Part shown: piece by piece, positions 33,049 to 42,389 of the stretch
Layout of the letters: the number at the start of each line of letters is the position of its first letter
Numbering within the stretch: position 1 is the stretch's first letter
DNA from: Sphaerochaetaceae bacterium
Lineage (GTDB): Bacteria; Spirochaetota; Spirochaetia; Sphaerochaetales; Sphaerochaetaceae
Direction of reading: 5' to 3'
Assembly (NCBI GenBank): GCA_045116915.1
Contig: JBGUMQ010000035.1
Location: 2,242-66,241, forward strand
Length of the DNA: 64,000 nucleotides
Made by a program: the position numbers and the translations under genes
The notes under the pieces: generated by a model
The model's input: only the letters and a program-made list of their open reading frames with translations
What the model was told of the DNA's origin: nothing
Databases searched by the model: none

Positions 33049-33890
33049 ATTGCCTCCAGGATCATGCTGAACACGATGAAGAACACCGGTGCGCTGGCGA
33101 TCTCCGAGTCCAGGCAGTCCAGGGCTCCTCCGCGTCCCGGGAAGACGTTGCCAGAGTCCTTGACCCCGGCAGATCTCTTGAAGACGCTCTCGATGAGGTC
33201 TCCTACATTCGCCGTGATGCTCACGCCGAGTCCCAGGAGGATTCTGAATGCGACGCTGATGTACGGAAGATGTTCCCTGAAGAGGGCATAGCATGCGAAA
33301 GACAGGCCTATGGTGGAAACCAGGCTGCCGACATAGCCGGCAACGCTCTTCTTGGGACTTACCTTGACTATACCCTTGTTGTTCCTGCCGAACAGTCTTC
33401 CCCATATGTAGGCGAACGTGTCGTTTCCGAACACGAGTATGAAATACGTGATGATCGTGTAGCTTGTGACGTTGTCCAGCTCGATGAGCCTGAGGAAGAA
33501 CGTCAGGAAATAGGAGGGATACACCACCAGGACGGCGCCTCTTGCCATCCTGTCGATGGAGCCCTTGAAATCATCCTTCTCGCCGTTGTGGATCTCCATG
33601 GCCATGGAGAGAAGGAGGATCAGCACGAAGGCCAGGTCCGGAAGCTGTGCGTTGAGCGAAAGCACTCCCTTGAGGTACTGGACCACCGGTACAAGCGGGG
33701 CGGCCAGTGCGACGGGCACGATCCTTCCGAAGAGCATGCGGCTCATCTCCAGGCTGCCGATGACGGCCATGAAGATGACCAGCAGGCTGAACAGTATGTA
33801 GTTGTATTGCGGGACGAAGAATATCATCGCAAGGACAGCCGGTATGCCTATGACGACTGTGATGATCCTGTCCCTCAGGTTCTTCTCCAT
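33045..33890 (-). CDS. cdsA: Phosphatidate cytidylyltransferase
   Basis: 281 aa, polytopic. The C-terminal signature is SVFKRSAGVKDSGNVFPGRGGALDCLDS. Confidence 0.88.
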   Translation of the reverse strand: MEKNLRDRIITVVIGIPAVLAMIFFVPQYNYILFSLLVIFMAVIGSLEMSRMLFGRIVPVALAAPLVPVVQYLKGVLSLNAQLPDLAFVLILLLSMAMEIHNGEKDDFKGSIDRMARGAVLVVYPSYFLTFFLRLIELDNVTSYTIITYFILVFGNDTFAYIWGRLFGRNNKGIVKVSPKKSVAGYVGSLVSTIGLSFACYALFREHLPYISVAFRILLGLGVSITANVGDLIESVFKRSAGVKDSGNVFPGRGGALDCLDSEIASAPVFFIVFSMILEAM

Positions 33891-33900
33891 GCGGACTCCT

Positions 33901-34578
33901 TCACTTCACCAGTCCGCCGAATTTGCGGACCCTCTGCGACAGGGCGTCGAGGCAGATCTGCAGCTGCTTCTCCCCCCAGTCGGGCCACAGGTCGTCGAGG
34001 GCGAGGAACTCGGCATAGGCGCTGTCCCACAGCATGAAGTTGCTGAGCCTGAGTTCCCCCGCGCTTCTTGCGATCATGTCCGGCGCCGGCACATCCGGCA
34101 GGTCCAGATTGGCCTGTATGTCTTCTATGGTTATGGGTTTCCCCGGATTCTTCTCTATGAATCTGGTGCAGGCGCGGGCGATTTCGTCCTGCCCGCCGTA
34201 GTTTATCGCAAGGACGACCGTGATCCTGTCGCAGCCGGCCGTCTCCTCCATGGTCCTGCGGACCGCCTGTCTGCAGTCCTCGGGGAGGGCGTCGGTGTTG
34301 CCCCTGAAGAGGAGCCTGATCCCGTTGTCCTTGTAGAACGACATCTCTCCCGGAAGCTTCTTGGCCAGCACGTTCATGAGGTAGTTCACCTCCTGGGGCG
34401 GGCGCTTCCAGTTCTCCGTGGAGAACACGTAGAGTGTCACGTAGTCTATGTTGAGTTTTATGGCCGCGAGGATGACGCGCTTGACGGCCTTCAGGCCCTC
34501 GAGGTGTCCCGCGGCACGGGGAAGCGACCGCTGTTTGGCCCAGCGGCCGTTTCCGTCCATGATGAGTCCGAGGTGCAT
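33901..34578 (-). CDS. uppS: Undecaprenyl diphosphate synthase (cis-prenyltransferase)
   Basis: HLGLIMDGNGRWA, and later YVFSTENWKRP and RLSNFMLWDSAYAEF. Confidence 0.93.
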   Translation of the reverse strand: MHLGLIMDGNGRWAKQRSLPRAAGHLEGLKAVKRVILAAIKLNIDYVTLYVFSTENWKRPPQEVNYLMNVLAKKLPGEMSFYKDNGIRLLFRGNTDALPEDCRQAVRRTMEETAGCDRITVVLAINYGGQDEIARACTRFIEKNPGKPITIEDIQANLDLPDVPAPDMIARSAGELRLSNFMLWDSAYAEFLALDDLWPDWGEKQLQICLDALSQRVRKFGGLVK

Positions 34579-35132
34579 CAGATCTCCATGATTTCCTTCT
34601 CCTTTGTTGCCTGGAGATCGTTGATCCTGGCAATGTGGGAGTCGGTCATCTTCTGAAGTCTTGTCTCGCCTTCCTTCTGCTCATCCTCGGAGATGGTGCC
34701 GGCCTTCTGGAGCTTCTTGATCTCCTCCATTCCGTCACGTCTGATGTTGCGGATGGCGACCCTGCTTGCCTCGGCCAGTGTCTTGGACTGCTTGGCCAGC
34801 TCCTTCCTCCTGTCCTGTGTGAGGGGAGGGAAGTTGATCCTGAGCAGTTTTCCGTCATTGGAAGGATTGAAGCCCAGGTCGCTCTTCTGGATTGCTTTCT
34901 CTATCACGCTGAGAAGGTTCTTGTCCCACGGCTGGATGACGACAAGCCTTGCCTCGGGAACGGAAACCGATGCCACCTGGTTGAGCGGCGTCTCCTGTCC
35001 GTAGTAATCCACGCGGATCTTGTCGAAAACGGCTGCGGAAGCTCTTCCGGTCCTGAGAGCGAGATAGTCTGTCTCAAGGGCGCTTACGCTCTTTCCCATT
35101 CTGTCTTCACAATTGTCCAGTACCTGCTGCAT
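34578..35132 (-). CDS. frr: Ribosome recycling factor
   Basis: 184 aa. LRTGRASAAVFDKIRVDYYG and LTQDRRKELAKQ are typical of RRF. Confidence 0.93.
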   Translation of the reverse strand: MQQVLDNCEDRMGKSVSALETDYLALRTGRASAAVFDKIRVDYYGQETPLNQVASVSVPEARLVVIQPWDKNLLSVIEKAIQKSDLGFNPSNDGKLLRINFPPLTQDRRKELAKQSKTLAEASRVAIRNIRRDGMEEIKKLQKAGTISEDEQKEGETRLQKMTDSHIARINDLQATKEKEIMEI

Positions 35133-35184
35133 ATCTTTGCCTCCTGGCTTGATGATTGACTTATGAATCCCTGATGAATCAGAA

Positions 35185-35209
35185 AGCCGCCCTGGGTTTC
35201 AGGACGGCT
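35185..35209 (-). terminator. 10-bp hairpin between tsf and frr (weak U tract; possible partial terminator or processing site)
   Basis: On the minus strand AGCCGUCCUG pairs with CAGGGCGGCU including one G-U pair, followed by UUCUGAUUC. Confidence 0.3.
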
Positions 35210-35222
35210 TCCATGTTCAGGT

Positions 35223-36080
35223 TCATGCTCCTGCGAGGAATCTCTCGTAGGATGCGATGCAGACGTCCGTGCCGTTGTCCTTGTTGAACTTGGCGAGCAT
35301 CTGTGCGACGGAAAGGCCGTCGTCGTTGTTGATCTGGAAGACCTGGTCCATCAGGCAGATCTCGGCATAGTGCTTCTTGAGCTTTCCTGTGACGATTCCC
35401 TCCAGGACCTTCTCCGGCTTGCTCTTGAGCTTCTCGTCGGATGCGACCTGTGCGCGGAAGATCTCAAGCTGCTTGTCCTCGTAATCCTTGGGGACATCGG
35501 CGTCCTTGAGGTACATCGGGGATGCGGCGCAGACATGCATTGCCGTGTTGAATGCGAATTCCTTGAATGCCTCTGTGGCGAAGGCATCGGCCTTGGAAGC
35601 GGCGAACTTGACCAGGACACCGATGTTTCCGTCGGCGTGGTTGTAGCCCATGACGAACTCGTTGGCGGCGATGTCCATGACAACGAGTCTCTTGACCTTC
35701 ATGTTCTCGTTGATGGTTGCGATCAGGCCGTTGACGACTTCCTGCATCTCATCGTTGGGCTCGGTGTAGCCTTTCTCGATGGCCATGACGCAGAGCTTTG
35801 TGCACATCTCCTTGAACTGCTCGTTCTTGGCGACGAAGTCGGTCTCACATGTGACCTCGATCATGACGGCCTTCTTCTCGGCGACGACGAAGGTGACCCT
35901 TCCGTTGTCGGTAGCGCGGTCGACTCTCTTCTCTACTGCGGCCAGACCGACCTTCTTGAGGTACTCCTCGGCCTTGTCGAAATCGCCGTCGGACTCCTGG
36001 AGGGCCTTCTTGCAATCCATGATGCCGGCGTGTGTGATCTCACGCAGGGCTTTGATCATATCCATTGTTACTGTTGCCAT
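35223..36080 (-). CDS. tsf: Elongation factor Ts
   Basis: MDMIKALREITHAGIMDCKKALQESDGDFDKAEEYLKK is the UBA-like EF-Ts N-terminus. Confidence 0.95.
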   Translation of the reverse strand: MATVTMDMIKALREITHAGIMDCKKALQESDGDFDKAEEYLKKVGLAAVEKRVDRATDNGRVTFVVAEKKAVMIEVTCETDFVAKNEQFKEMCTKLCVMAIEKGYTEPNDEMQEVVNGLIATINENMKVKRLVVMDIAANEFVMGYNHADGNIGVLVKFAASKADAFATEAFKEFAFNTAMHVCAASPMYLKDADVPKDYEDKQLEIFRAQVASDEKLKSKPEKVLEGIVTGKLKKHYAEICLMDQVFQINNDDGLSVAQMLAKFNKDNGTDVCIASYERFLAGA

Positions 36081-36083
36081 ATC

Positions 36084-36899
36084 TCACTCCTTGTCCTCGG
36101 CGGCCTCGGCCTCAGCTTCTTCCTCGGCCTCGGCATCCTTGTCCTCTACAGCCTGTGTCTCGAGGGCTGCGGTCTCTTCCTCTGTTGCGGGGAGGGACTC
36201 GATGATCTGGATTCCCGTCTCGGTATCGGCATCGCAGACTGCGTTGGCGATGATCTCGACGAACAGGCTGATGGCCCTGATTGCATCATCGTTGCCCGGG
36301 ATCGGGTAGGTGATGTCGGTGGGGTCGCAGTTCGTGTCGACGACTGCTACGACGGGGATTCCGAGTCTCTTCGCCTCTGCGACGGCAAGGGCTTCCTTGC
36401 GTGTGTCGATGATGAAGATGATTCCGGGAAGCTCTGTCATGTCCTTGATTCCGCCAAGGTTCTTGTCGAGCTTTGTCTTCTGCTTGGTGAGGATCGCGAC
36501 TTCCTTCTTGGTGAGCGAGTCGAATGTTCCGTCAACGGACATCTTCTCGATCTTCTTGAGTGTTGCGATCGACTTCTTGATTGTTGCGAAGTTCGTGAGC
36601 ATTCCACCGAGCCAACGGTTGTTCACGTAAGGCATGCCGCAACGCTTTGCCTCTGTTTCGATAGCCTGCTGTGCCTGCTTCTTGGTTCCTACGAAAAGGA
36701 CCGGCTTGTCCTGCTTGACGACGGCACGTACTGCCTCGTAAGCCTCGACGATACAGGCAGATGTCTTCTGCAGGTCGATGATGTGGATTCCATTTCTCTC
36801 AGAGAAAATGAAACTGGCCATCTTGGGGTTCCACCTCTTTGTCTGATGACCGAAATGAACGCCTGCCTCCAGCAGACTCTTCATTGTTACTACTGCCAT
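36084..36899 (-). CDS. rpsB: 30S ribosomal protein S2 with an acidic C-terminal tail
   Basis: [27 protein letters not shown]. The start at 36899 is preceded by AGGAG. The tail is [20 protein letters not shown]. Confidence 0.95.
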   Translation of the reverse strand: MAVVTMKSLLEAGVHFGHQTKRWNPKMASFIFSERNGIHIIDLQKTSACIVEAYEAVRAVVKQDKPVLFVGTKKQAQQAIETEAKRCGMPYVNNRWLGGMLTNFATIKKSIATLKKIEKMSVDGTFDSLTKKEVAILTKQKTKLDKNLGGIKDMTELPGIIFIIDTRKEALAVAEAKRLGIPVVAVVDTNCDPTDITYPIPGNDDAIRAISLFVEIIANAVCDADTETGIQIIESLPATEEETAALETQAVEDKDAEAEEEAEAEAAEDKE

Positions 36900-37138
36900 T
36901 TCTGACTCCTGACATTTCGACGGATGCTTTCCATCCGTCCCCAGCACTTTTTCTCACTGCATCCCGGCCTTTGCCTTCCGGCGGGCCCGCGGACCAGCGG
37001 AGATTCCGCGCATACGCGCAGTGCTTCATATATTAATGAAACGGGGTCTTTTGTTCAAGATGAAGGGTAGGTCCGGGGAAAAAGTCGGTATAGTGCAAAA
37101 ACTTGCGTTCGAAGGAAAGGCGTTATATATTATCCGAT

Positions 37139-40100
37139 ATGAGGATAGGTTTTGTTTTGGCAGAGCTGGCAACGGGAGCCGCCAATTCCCTGTGGCCATC
37201 CGTGGCGTCGATGTACCCGTCCGAAGGGGACGATACTTTCGTCGTGTTCTCCGGAGGACGGCTCAACAGCACGGATCCCCTTGAGAGGACGAGGAACTCG
37301 ATCTACAGGTTCGTGACTCCGGAGAATCTGGACGGTGCGATCATCTGGAGTTCCTCGCTGACCGGAAACGCCAGGACCACCGATGTACTGGAGACATTCA
37401 GATGCATGCTCTCCAAACCAATCGTCACGATCGACGGAAAGACCGCCGACTATCCCGGCATCCCGGATGTCCGGTTCGATGCATACGAGGGTGCCAGGCT
37501 CATCACCGAACACTGCATCCGCACGCACGGGGCAAGGCGGATCGCCTATATCCGCGGCCCCGAGAACCACAACTCGGCTCAGGAGAGATTCCACGCCTAT
37601 CTGGATGCACTGGAAGGACACGGAATCCCCGTGGACAAGTCGCTGATCTCCGATCCCATGCCGTGGGAAGCAGGAGACCAGGCTATTGGACAGCTTCTGG
37701 ACAAGAGGGGGAAGCTGCCCGGAAGGGATTTCGATTTCATCATCTGCGCCAGCGACCTGATGCTGTACAGGGCATCGCTGGAGCTTTCGGCACACGGTTA
37801 CGAGGTGGGGCGCGACGTGTTCGCCTGCGGTTTCAACGATTCCCTGGACTCCAGGCTCCTGAACGTGCCGGTCTCGACGGTGCGCCTTCCCTATGCCGGG
37901 CTGGGCGTATGCTCTGTCATGGCGTTCAGATCCGTCGCGGATGGGCGCAGATGCGTGGATACGGTCCTTCCGACAAGGCCGATCATCAGATGCAGCTGCG
38001 GATGCGCGGCAGGAGCGAATAGGCATCTGCCCTCGAGCCCGTCCGAAATCGCGGGTCTGATGTCGGAGATATTCCCGATTCCGAACGACCTTGCTCTTTC
38101 CATGGTGGAGGATGTCCTGGATTCCCCATCCGAGGAGAATCTGAGGCGCATCCTTGAAAGCCTGTGCAGGTCGGGTGCCGATGTCTTCGAGATATTCGAG
38201 TTGCTGCGCTACCTGGACGGCATGAATCCGGAAGGTGACGACAAGCACGAGAAGCTGAGGGATATCGCCTCGTTCCTGCTCCCGTCCGTCCTGGACAGGA
38301 GCAATTCCATCCGCAGATATGAGGAAAGGACAAGGAGAAGGGCTTTCGGAGTCTTCAACAACCAGCTTCTGGAAGCCAACAGGATAACGGAGATCGCCGA
38401 GGTCCTGAAGCGCAACAGTTCCTCCCTGGGTTTCGAGCAGATACACCTCGTGGTGGACTACGAGGACCGGTCCTGTCTTGTCGGAGAGGGCCTGGAGTTC
38501 TCGGATGCGGCCCTTGTCCCGGAAGGCAAGAGCGGGATCCTCGACAGCGGGACCTGGGTTGTGGCCCCGTTGTGCACCGAGACCGAAAGCATGGGCTATC
38601 TGCTGATGAAGCCTTCCTCCATGAACGGACAGGTATGCGAGGACATCAGGAGCGCTGTTTCCAGCGCACTGAGGAGCGCCATGCTTTTCGAGGTCACGCG
38701 GAGGGCCCAGCAGGCGGCAGAGAACGCCGAGCAGGCAAGGACCACATTCTTCGCCAACGTGGGAGAGAACCTGCGCGATCCCCTTTCGGAAATAGAGGGG
38801 ATCGTTTCGGATTCCGACATGGATCCGGATGTCAGGAAGGCCATAATCGACAGGATCAAGGGCGCCAACAACATGATCGACCTGGCCCTGGGGGCCACGA
38901 ACGAGCTCGAACTGGACCGGTACATGGAGGATCCCGGAGAGATACTGTCCTCTTTCGACTGCTACGAGAAGACCACGGCACTTCCGTCGCTTCTGCTGGA
39001 TGGGGGCCGCATCAGGCAGGCGCTGGGGAACATCGTGTCGTCGATCGGATCCGGGGCCAGGATCAGAGCGGGGATACAGCGCAAGGGTGTCTGCATCTCG
39101 ATTTCCGATGAAGGCGGGAGCTGGACGGCTCCCAAGGACGATGCGGGCATATCGCTTGCCCAGAAGATAGTGATACTCCACAACGGGACATGCTCTGTCG
39201 GCAAGGGGATGTTCTCCGCGGTCCTTCCGTTCCCGACCCTTTCCGGCAAGGCCCCCTCGGCATGGGAAGAGGGGAAGACCCTGGCGTGGATCGGCAGGAA
39301 ACCTCCGTTCGCTGTTTCCGATGCCGCCCTGGATGAGGACAGCGGACAGAGGTTCTCCGAGACGAAACGTCTTTCCCCGGATGCCGGAGCCGTATACTGG
39401 GACAGCGGTTTCAAGGGCTATGATGCCCTGCGCGGCCTGAACAGGCTGGTTACGAACGGGACATACAGGGACCTGCCGGTCCTGTGCAGGGGAATCCCAG
39501 GCTCCAGATCGCTCGAGGATGCGCTTTGGACTTCGGTGGAGGAGAAGGGAAAGGTCATCCTCCAGGTCGGATCCGCGTCGGAGGACCTGTACAGGTGGAT
39601 CCAGGATCCGGAGGTTGTTCCGTGCGACATGGGGAACGCCGTCATGATGTCCAGACGCCATGAACCGGAGCTGGTGATCGTCTCCCTGGAGGAGGCCGGC
39701 AAGAGGATTCCCGGGATCCTTGAACTCACAGGTGCCCTGAGAAGCATGAAAAAGGTGGCCCAGACCCCGCTGATCCTGTGTTCCGATTATCTGGACGAGC
39801 CTCTGATCGAGGCGGTCTCGGGCATCCCCGGCGTCATCGTGGTGAACACATGCATGCTGGAGAGCGAGGAATTCGCCATGAGGGTGAGGGCGATCCTGGG
39901 AGGAGCCGGGATCCTGGCCACGAATACCGGAGCCATCGTCAAGAGGGCCCAGGGATTCATATGCTCGCATGCGACCCTTCCCGTCAGCAGATGGCAGATC
40001 GCCGACGAGGTCCATGTGTCGGAGGATTATCTGACAAGGGTCTTCAAGAAGGAGCTCGGGCTTTCGCCCTGGGATTATCTGAACCGGTACAGGATCTGGC

Positions 40101-40267
40101 TGGCCTGCATCCTGCTGAAGAACACGGGCATGTCCGTCAACGAAGTCGCCGAGGCGACGGGTTTCCAGGACCAGGCCTATTTCTGCAGGGTGTTCAAGAA
40201 GATACGCGGTTACAGACCCAGCCGTCTGCGCAGCATGAAAAAGTCGGAAATGTCCAAAATGCAGTAG
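37139..40267 (+). CDS. Large cytoplasmic regulator: LacI-type sugar-binding domain, sensor region, degenerate HisKA/HATPase-like module, receiver-like region and C-terminal AraC HTH
   Basis: N-terminal Peripla_BP-like sequence (RIAYIRGPENHNSAQERFHAYLDALEGHGIP..FIICASDLM). H-box-like FFANVGENLRDPL with Glu in place of His. N-box-like DGGRIRQALGNIVSS. AraC HTH at the C-terminus (..YLNRYRIWLACILLKNTGMSVNEVAEATGFQDQAYFCRVFKK). No TM segment was seen. Confidence 0.7.
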   Translation: MRIGFVLAELATGAANSLWPSVASMYPSEGDDTFVVFSGGRLNSTDPLERTRNSIYRFVTPENLDGAIIWSSSLTGNARTTDVLETFRCMLSKPIVTIDGKTADYPGIPDVRFDAYEGARLITEHCIRTHGARRIAYIRGPENHNSAQERFHAYLDALEGHGIPVDKSLISDPMPWEAGDQAIGQLLDKRGKLPGRDFDFIICASDLMLYRASLELSAHGYEVGRDVFACGFNDSLDSRLLNVPVSTVRLPYAGLGVCSVMAFRSVADGRRCVDTVLPTRPIIRCSCGCAAGANRHLPSSPSEIAGLMSEIFPIPNDLALSMVEDVLDSPSEENLRRILESLCRSGADVFEIFELLRYLDGMNPEGDDKHEKLRDIASFLLPSVLDRSNSIRRYEERTRRRAFGVFNNQLLEANRITEIAEVLKRNSSSLGFEQIHLVVDYEDRSCLVGEGLEFSDAALVPEGKSGILDSGTWVVAPLCTETESMGYLLMKPSSMNGQVCEDIRSAVSSALRSAMLFEVTRRAQQAAENAEQARTTFFANVGENLRDPLSEIEGIVSDSDMDPDVRKAIIDRIKGANNMIDLALGATNELELDRYMEDPGEILSSFDCYEKTTALPSLLLDGGRIRQALGNIVSSIGSGARIRAGIQRKGVCISISDEGGSWTAPKDDAGISLAQKIVILHNGTCSVGKGMFSAVLPFPTLSGKAPSAWEEGKTLAWIGRKPPFAVSDAALDEDSGQRFSETKRLSPDAGAVYWDSGFKGYDALRGLNRLVTNGTYRDLPVLCRGIPGSRSLEDALWTSVEEKGKVILQVGSASEDLYRWIQDPEVVPCDMGNAVMMSRRHEPELVIVSLEEAGKRIPGILELTGALRSMKKVAQTPLILCSDYLDEPLIEAVSGIPGVIVVNTCMLESEEFAMRVRAILGGAGILATNTGAIVKRAQGFICSHATLPVSRWQIADEVHVSEDYLTRVFKKELGLSPWDYLNRYRIWLACILLKNTGMSVNEVAEATGFQDQAYFCRVFKKIRGYRPSRLRSMKKSEMSKMQ

Positions 40268-40342
40268 CATAATTCTAAGGTCTCGTCCGTCAGACTGAAA
40301 GCACAAACATAGGGAGGGCAATGCCCCGCGGTTTGTGCGGGG

Positions 40343-41404
40343 ATGACATGTGTTTCAATGAGGACAGGAAAGAACTATCTGCTGTATGCTGAGGTCGACG
40401 ACCTCAAGAAAAGACTGAAGGATTGTCCGCCGGAGAGCAGGGATGCGCTCTCCAAGCAGCTCAAGGAAAAGAAGACCCAGCTGCGCAAGGCCGAGAACAG
40501 ATTCCTTTTTGCCGAGATGAACAGGCACAAATACATCTATTTCATGCTTTTCATCCCGGTCGTGTACTACTTCATCTTCAAGTACATCCCGCTGTGGAAC
40601 GCACAGATCGCCTTCAGGGATTTCATTTCGCTAAAGAGGACCGGAATCACCGGAGGAACCTGGGTAGGGCTCCAGAACTTCAAGACGTTCATCAACTCGT
40701 ACTACTTCTGGTCTCTGATCCGCAACACGCTGATGTACAGTTTCGGCAAGCTCCTGGTGAGCCTACCGCTTTCCATCCTGCTGGCCATCGCGATCTATGA
40801 GTGCACGCACAAGGCTCTCAGGAAAGTCGTCCAGACCCTTTCCTATCTGCCGCACTTCCTTTCATGGGTCATCATGTATGGAATCCTCCTCGCTCTGCTT
40901 TCACCGAGCGAGGGAATCTTCAACGACATCATCAAACTGTTCGGCGGAACGCCCAGGGGATTCCTGACCGATACAACGGCCTTCCCGTTCATCGTCATCC
41001 TCTCGGATGCATGGAAGGAGATAGGTTGGAGCGCCATCATCTTCATCGCGGCCCTCATGGGAATCGACGGTTCCCTGTTCGAGGCCGCCATCGTCGAGGG
41101 CGCCAACAGCTGGCAGAGGGTACGCTACATCACGCTGCCGTCGATCAAGCCGGTCATCGTCATAGTCCTTCTGATGAAGATAGGAACAATCCTGGATGCA
41201 GGTTTCAACCAGTTGTACATGCTGTACAGTCCCGCTGTCTACAGCGTCGGCGACATCATCGACACATGGGTCTACAGGGGAACCATCGAGGGAAGGTTCA
41301 GCCTTGCGACCGCAGCCGGAATCTTCAAGGGTGTCATCGGAATGACACTGCTGTTCGTATCGAACTGGGCTTCGAGGAAGTTCACCGAAAGCTCGCTGTT
41401 CTGA
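40343..41404 (+). CDS. Carbohydrate ABC transporter permease (LplB/YtcP-type) with a charged N-terminal extension
   Basis: The permease core includes an EAA-like region (FEAAIVEGANSWQRVRYITLPSIKP). The start is uncertain because no good Shine-Dalgarno precedes any candidate ATG. Confidence 0.8.
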   Translation: MTCVSMRTGKNYLLYAEVDDLKKRLKDCPPESRDALSKQLKEKKTQLRKAENRFLFAEMNRHKYIYFMLFIPVVYYFIFKYIPLWNAQIAFRDFISLKRTGITGGTWVGLQNFKTFINSYYFWSLIRNTLMYSFGKLLVSLPLSILLAIAIYECTHKALRKVVQTLSYLPHFLSWVIMYGILLALLSPSEGIFNDIIKLFGGTPRGFLTDTTAFPFIVILSDAWKEIGWSAIIFIAALMGIDGSLFEAAIVEGANSWQRVRYITLPSIKPVIVIVLLMKIGTILDAGFNQLYMLYSPAVYSVGDIIDTWVYRGTIEGRFSLATAAGIFKGVIGMTLLFVSNWASRKFTESSLF

Positions 41405-41414
41405 GGAGGCGCAC

Positions 41415-42320
41415 ATGGCAAAGAAAAACACCTATAACAGCGTCGCCGTTAGGGCAACCGCAGCCGACAAGGTATTCAACATCTGCGTGACCATCTTCAT
41501 GGTCCTGCTGCTTCTGATACTGATAGTCCCGATCTGGAGCACGATCGCCCTCTCTTTCAGACCGGCCAACTACATCGGAAGTTATCTGGAAGGCATGTTC
41601 CTCGCTCCGTGGAAATGGTCCACCGGCGCATACGCCGCACTTCTTGGGAACCAGGGCTTCCTGAAGGCATTCTGGAACAGCATCAAGATCATGGCCATGG
41701 GAGTCGCCACGGCTTTGTTCCTGACGGTCCCGATGGCATACGCCCTTTCAGTAAAGGGTGTTCCGGGAAAGAAATGGATCACGATCTTCATCATGATCCC
41801 GTACGTGTTCAACGTCGGAGTCGTTCCCACATACCTGCTTATCTCCAGCCTGGGTCTGACGAACCATCTGCCGTCTGTCTTCCTGCCGGTCGCGATAAGC
41901 ACCTACAACATGATCATCATGCGCCAGTTCTTCGAGGGTATTCCCAACGACCTGCGTGAAAGTGCGTTCATCGACGGCTGCAACGACCTTCAGATCATGT
42001 TCAAGATCATCCTCCCGCTGTCCAAGGCAATCATCATGACGGTCGCACTGTACTACGCGGTCTCGTTCTGGAACGACTACATGAGGTCACTGCTCTATCT
42101 GCAGAAGAGCGCCCTCAAGCCGCTCCCGCTCCTTCTGAGGGACATCCTCATCGGAACGAGCATGAACGACAACCTGGAGGCCAACGCATTCGGTACGGCA
42201 CCGATCGAGGCCATCAAGGCGGCATCGGTCTTCATCAGCGCAATTCCGATGATCATCGCGTATCCGTTCATCCAGAGATACTTCACAAAGGGTACCCAGG
42301 CAGGTTCTGTCAAGGGTTGA
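41415..42320 (+). CDS. Carbohydrate ABC transporter permease (LplC-type)
   Basis: 301 aa. ESAFIDGCNDLQIMFKIILPLSK is the typical EAA loop. Confidence 0.85.
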   Translation: MAKKNTYNSVAVRATAADKVFNICVTIFMVLLLLILIVPIWSTIALSFRPANYIGSYLEGMFLAPWKWSTGAYAALLGNQGFLKAFWNSIKIMAMGVATALFLTVPMAYALSVKGVPGKKWITIFIMIPYVFNVGVVPTYLLISSLGLTNHLPSVFLPVAISTYNMIIMRQFFEGIPNDLRESAFIDGCNDLQIMFKIILPLSKAIIMTVALYYAVSFWNDYMRSLLYLQKSALKPLPLLLRDILIGTSMNDNLEANAFGTAPIEAIKAASVFISAIPMIIAYPFIQRYFTKGTQAGSVKG

Positions 42321-42389
42321 CGATAGGGTTTCAGAGCGGGGGCGACCCGCTTTGATATATATGGAAAATCATTTAACGGAGGAAATTAA

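Noticed and set aside
37130-40321. A 1063-aa ORF on the minus strand, antisense to the large regulator gene.
   Set aside because: It mirrors the plus-strand ORF almost end to end. It is Arg/Gly/Pro/His-rich with no recognisable domain, whereas the plus-strand frame has clear sugar-binding and AraC HTH domains. This is a typical shadow ORF of GC-rich coding DNA.
40321-40392. A small ORF starting at ATG 40321, just after GGGAGGG, upstream of the permease gene.
   Set aside because: The Shine-Dalgarno-to-ATG spacing is only 2 nt, the frame terminates after about 23 codons, and the sequence is nondescript. The GGGAGGG is more likely part of the leader or hairpin region.
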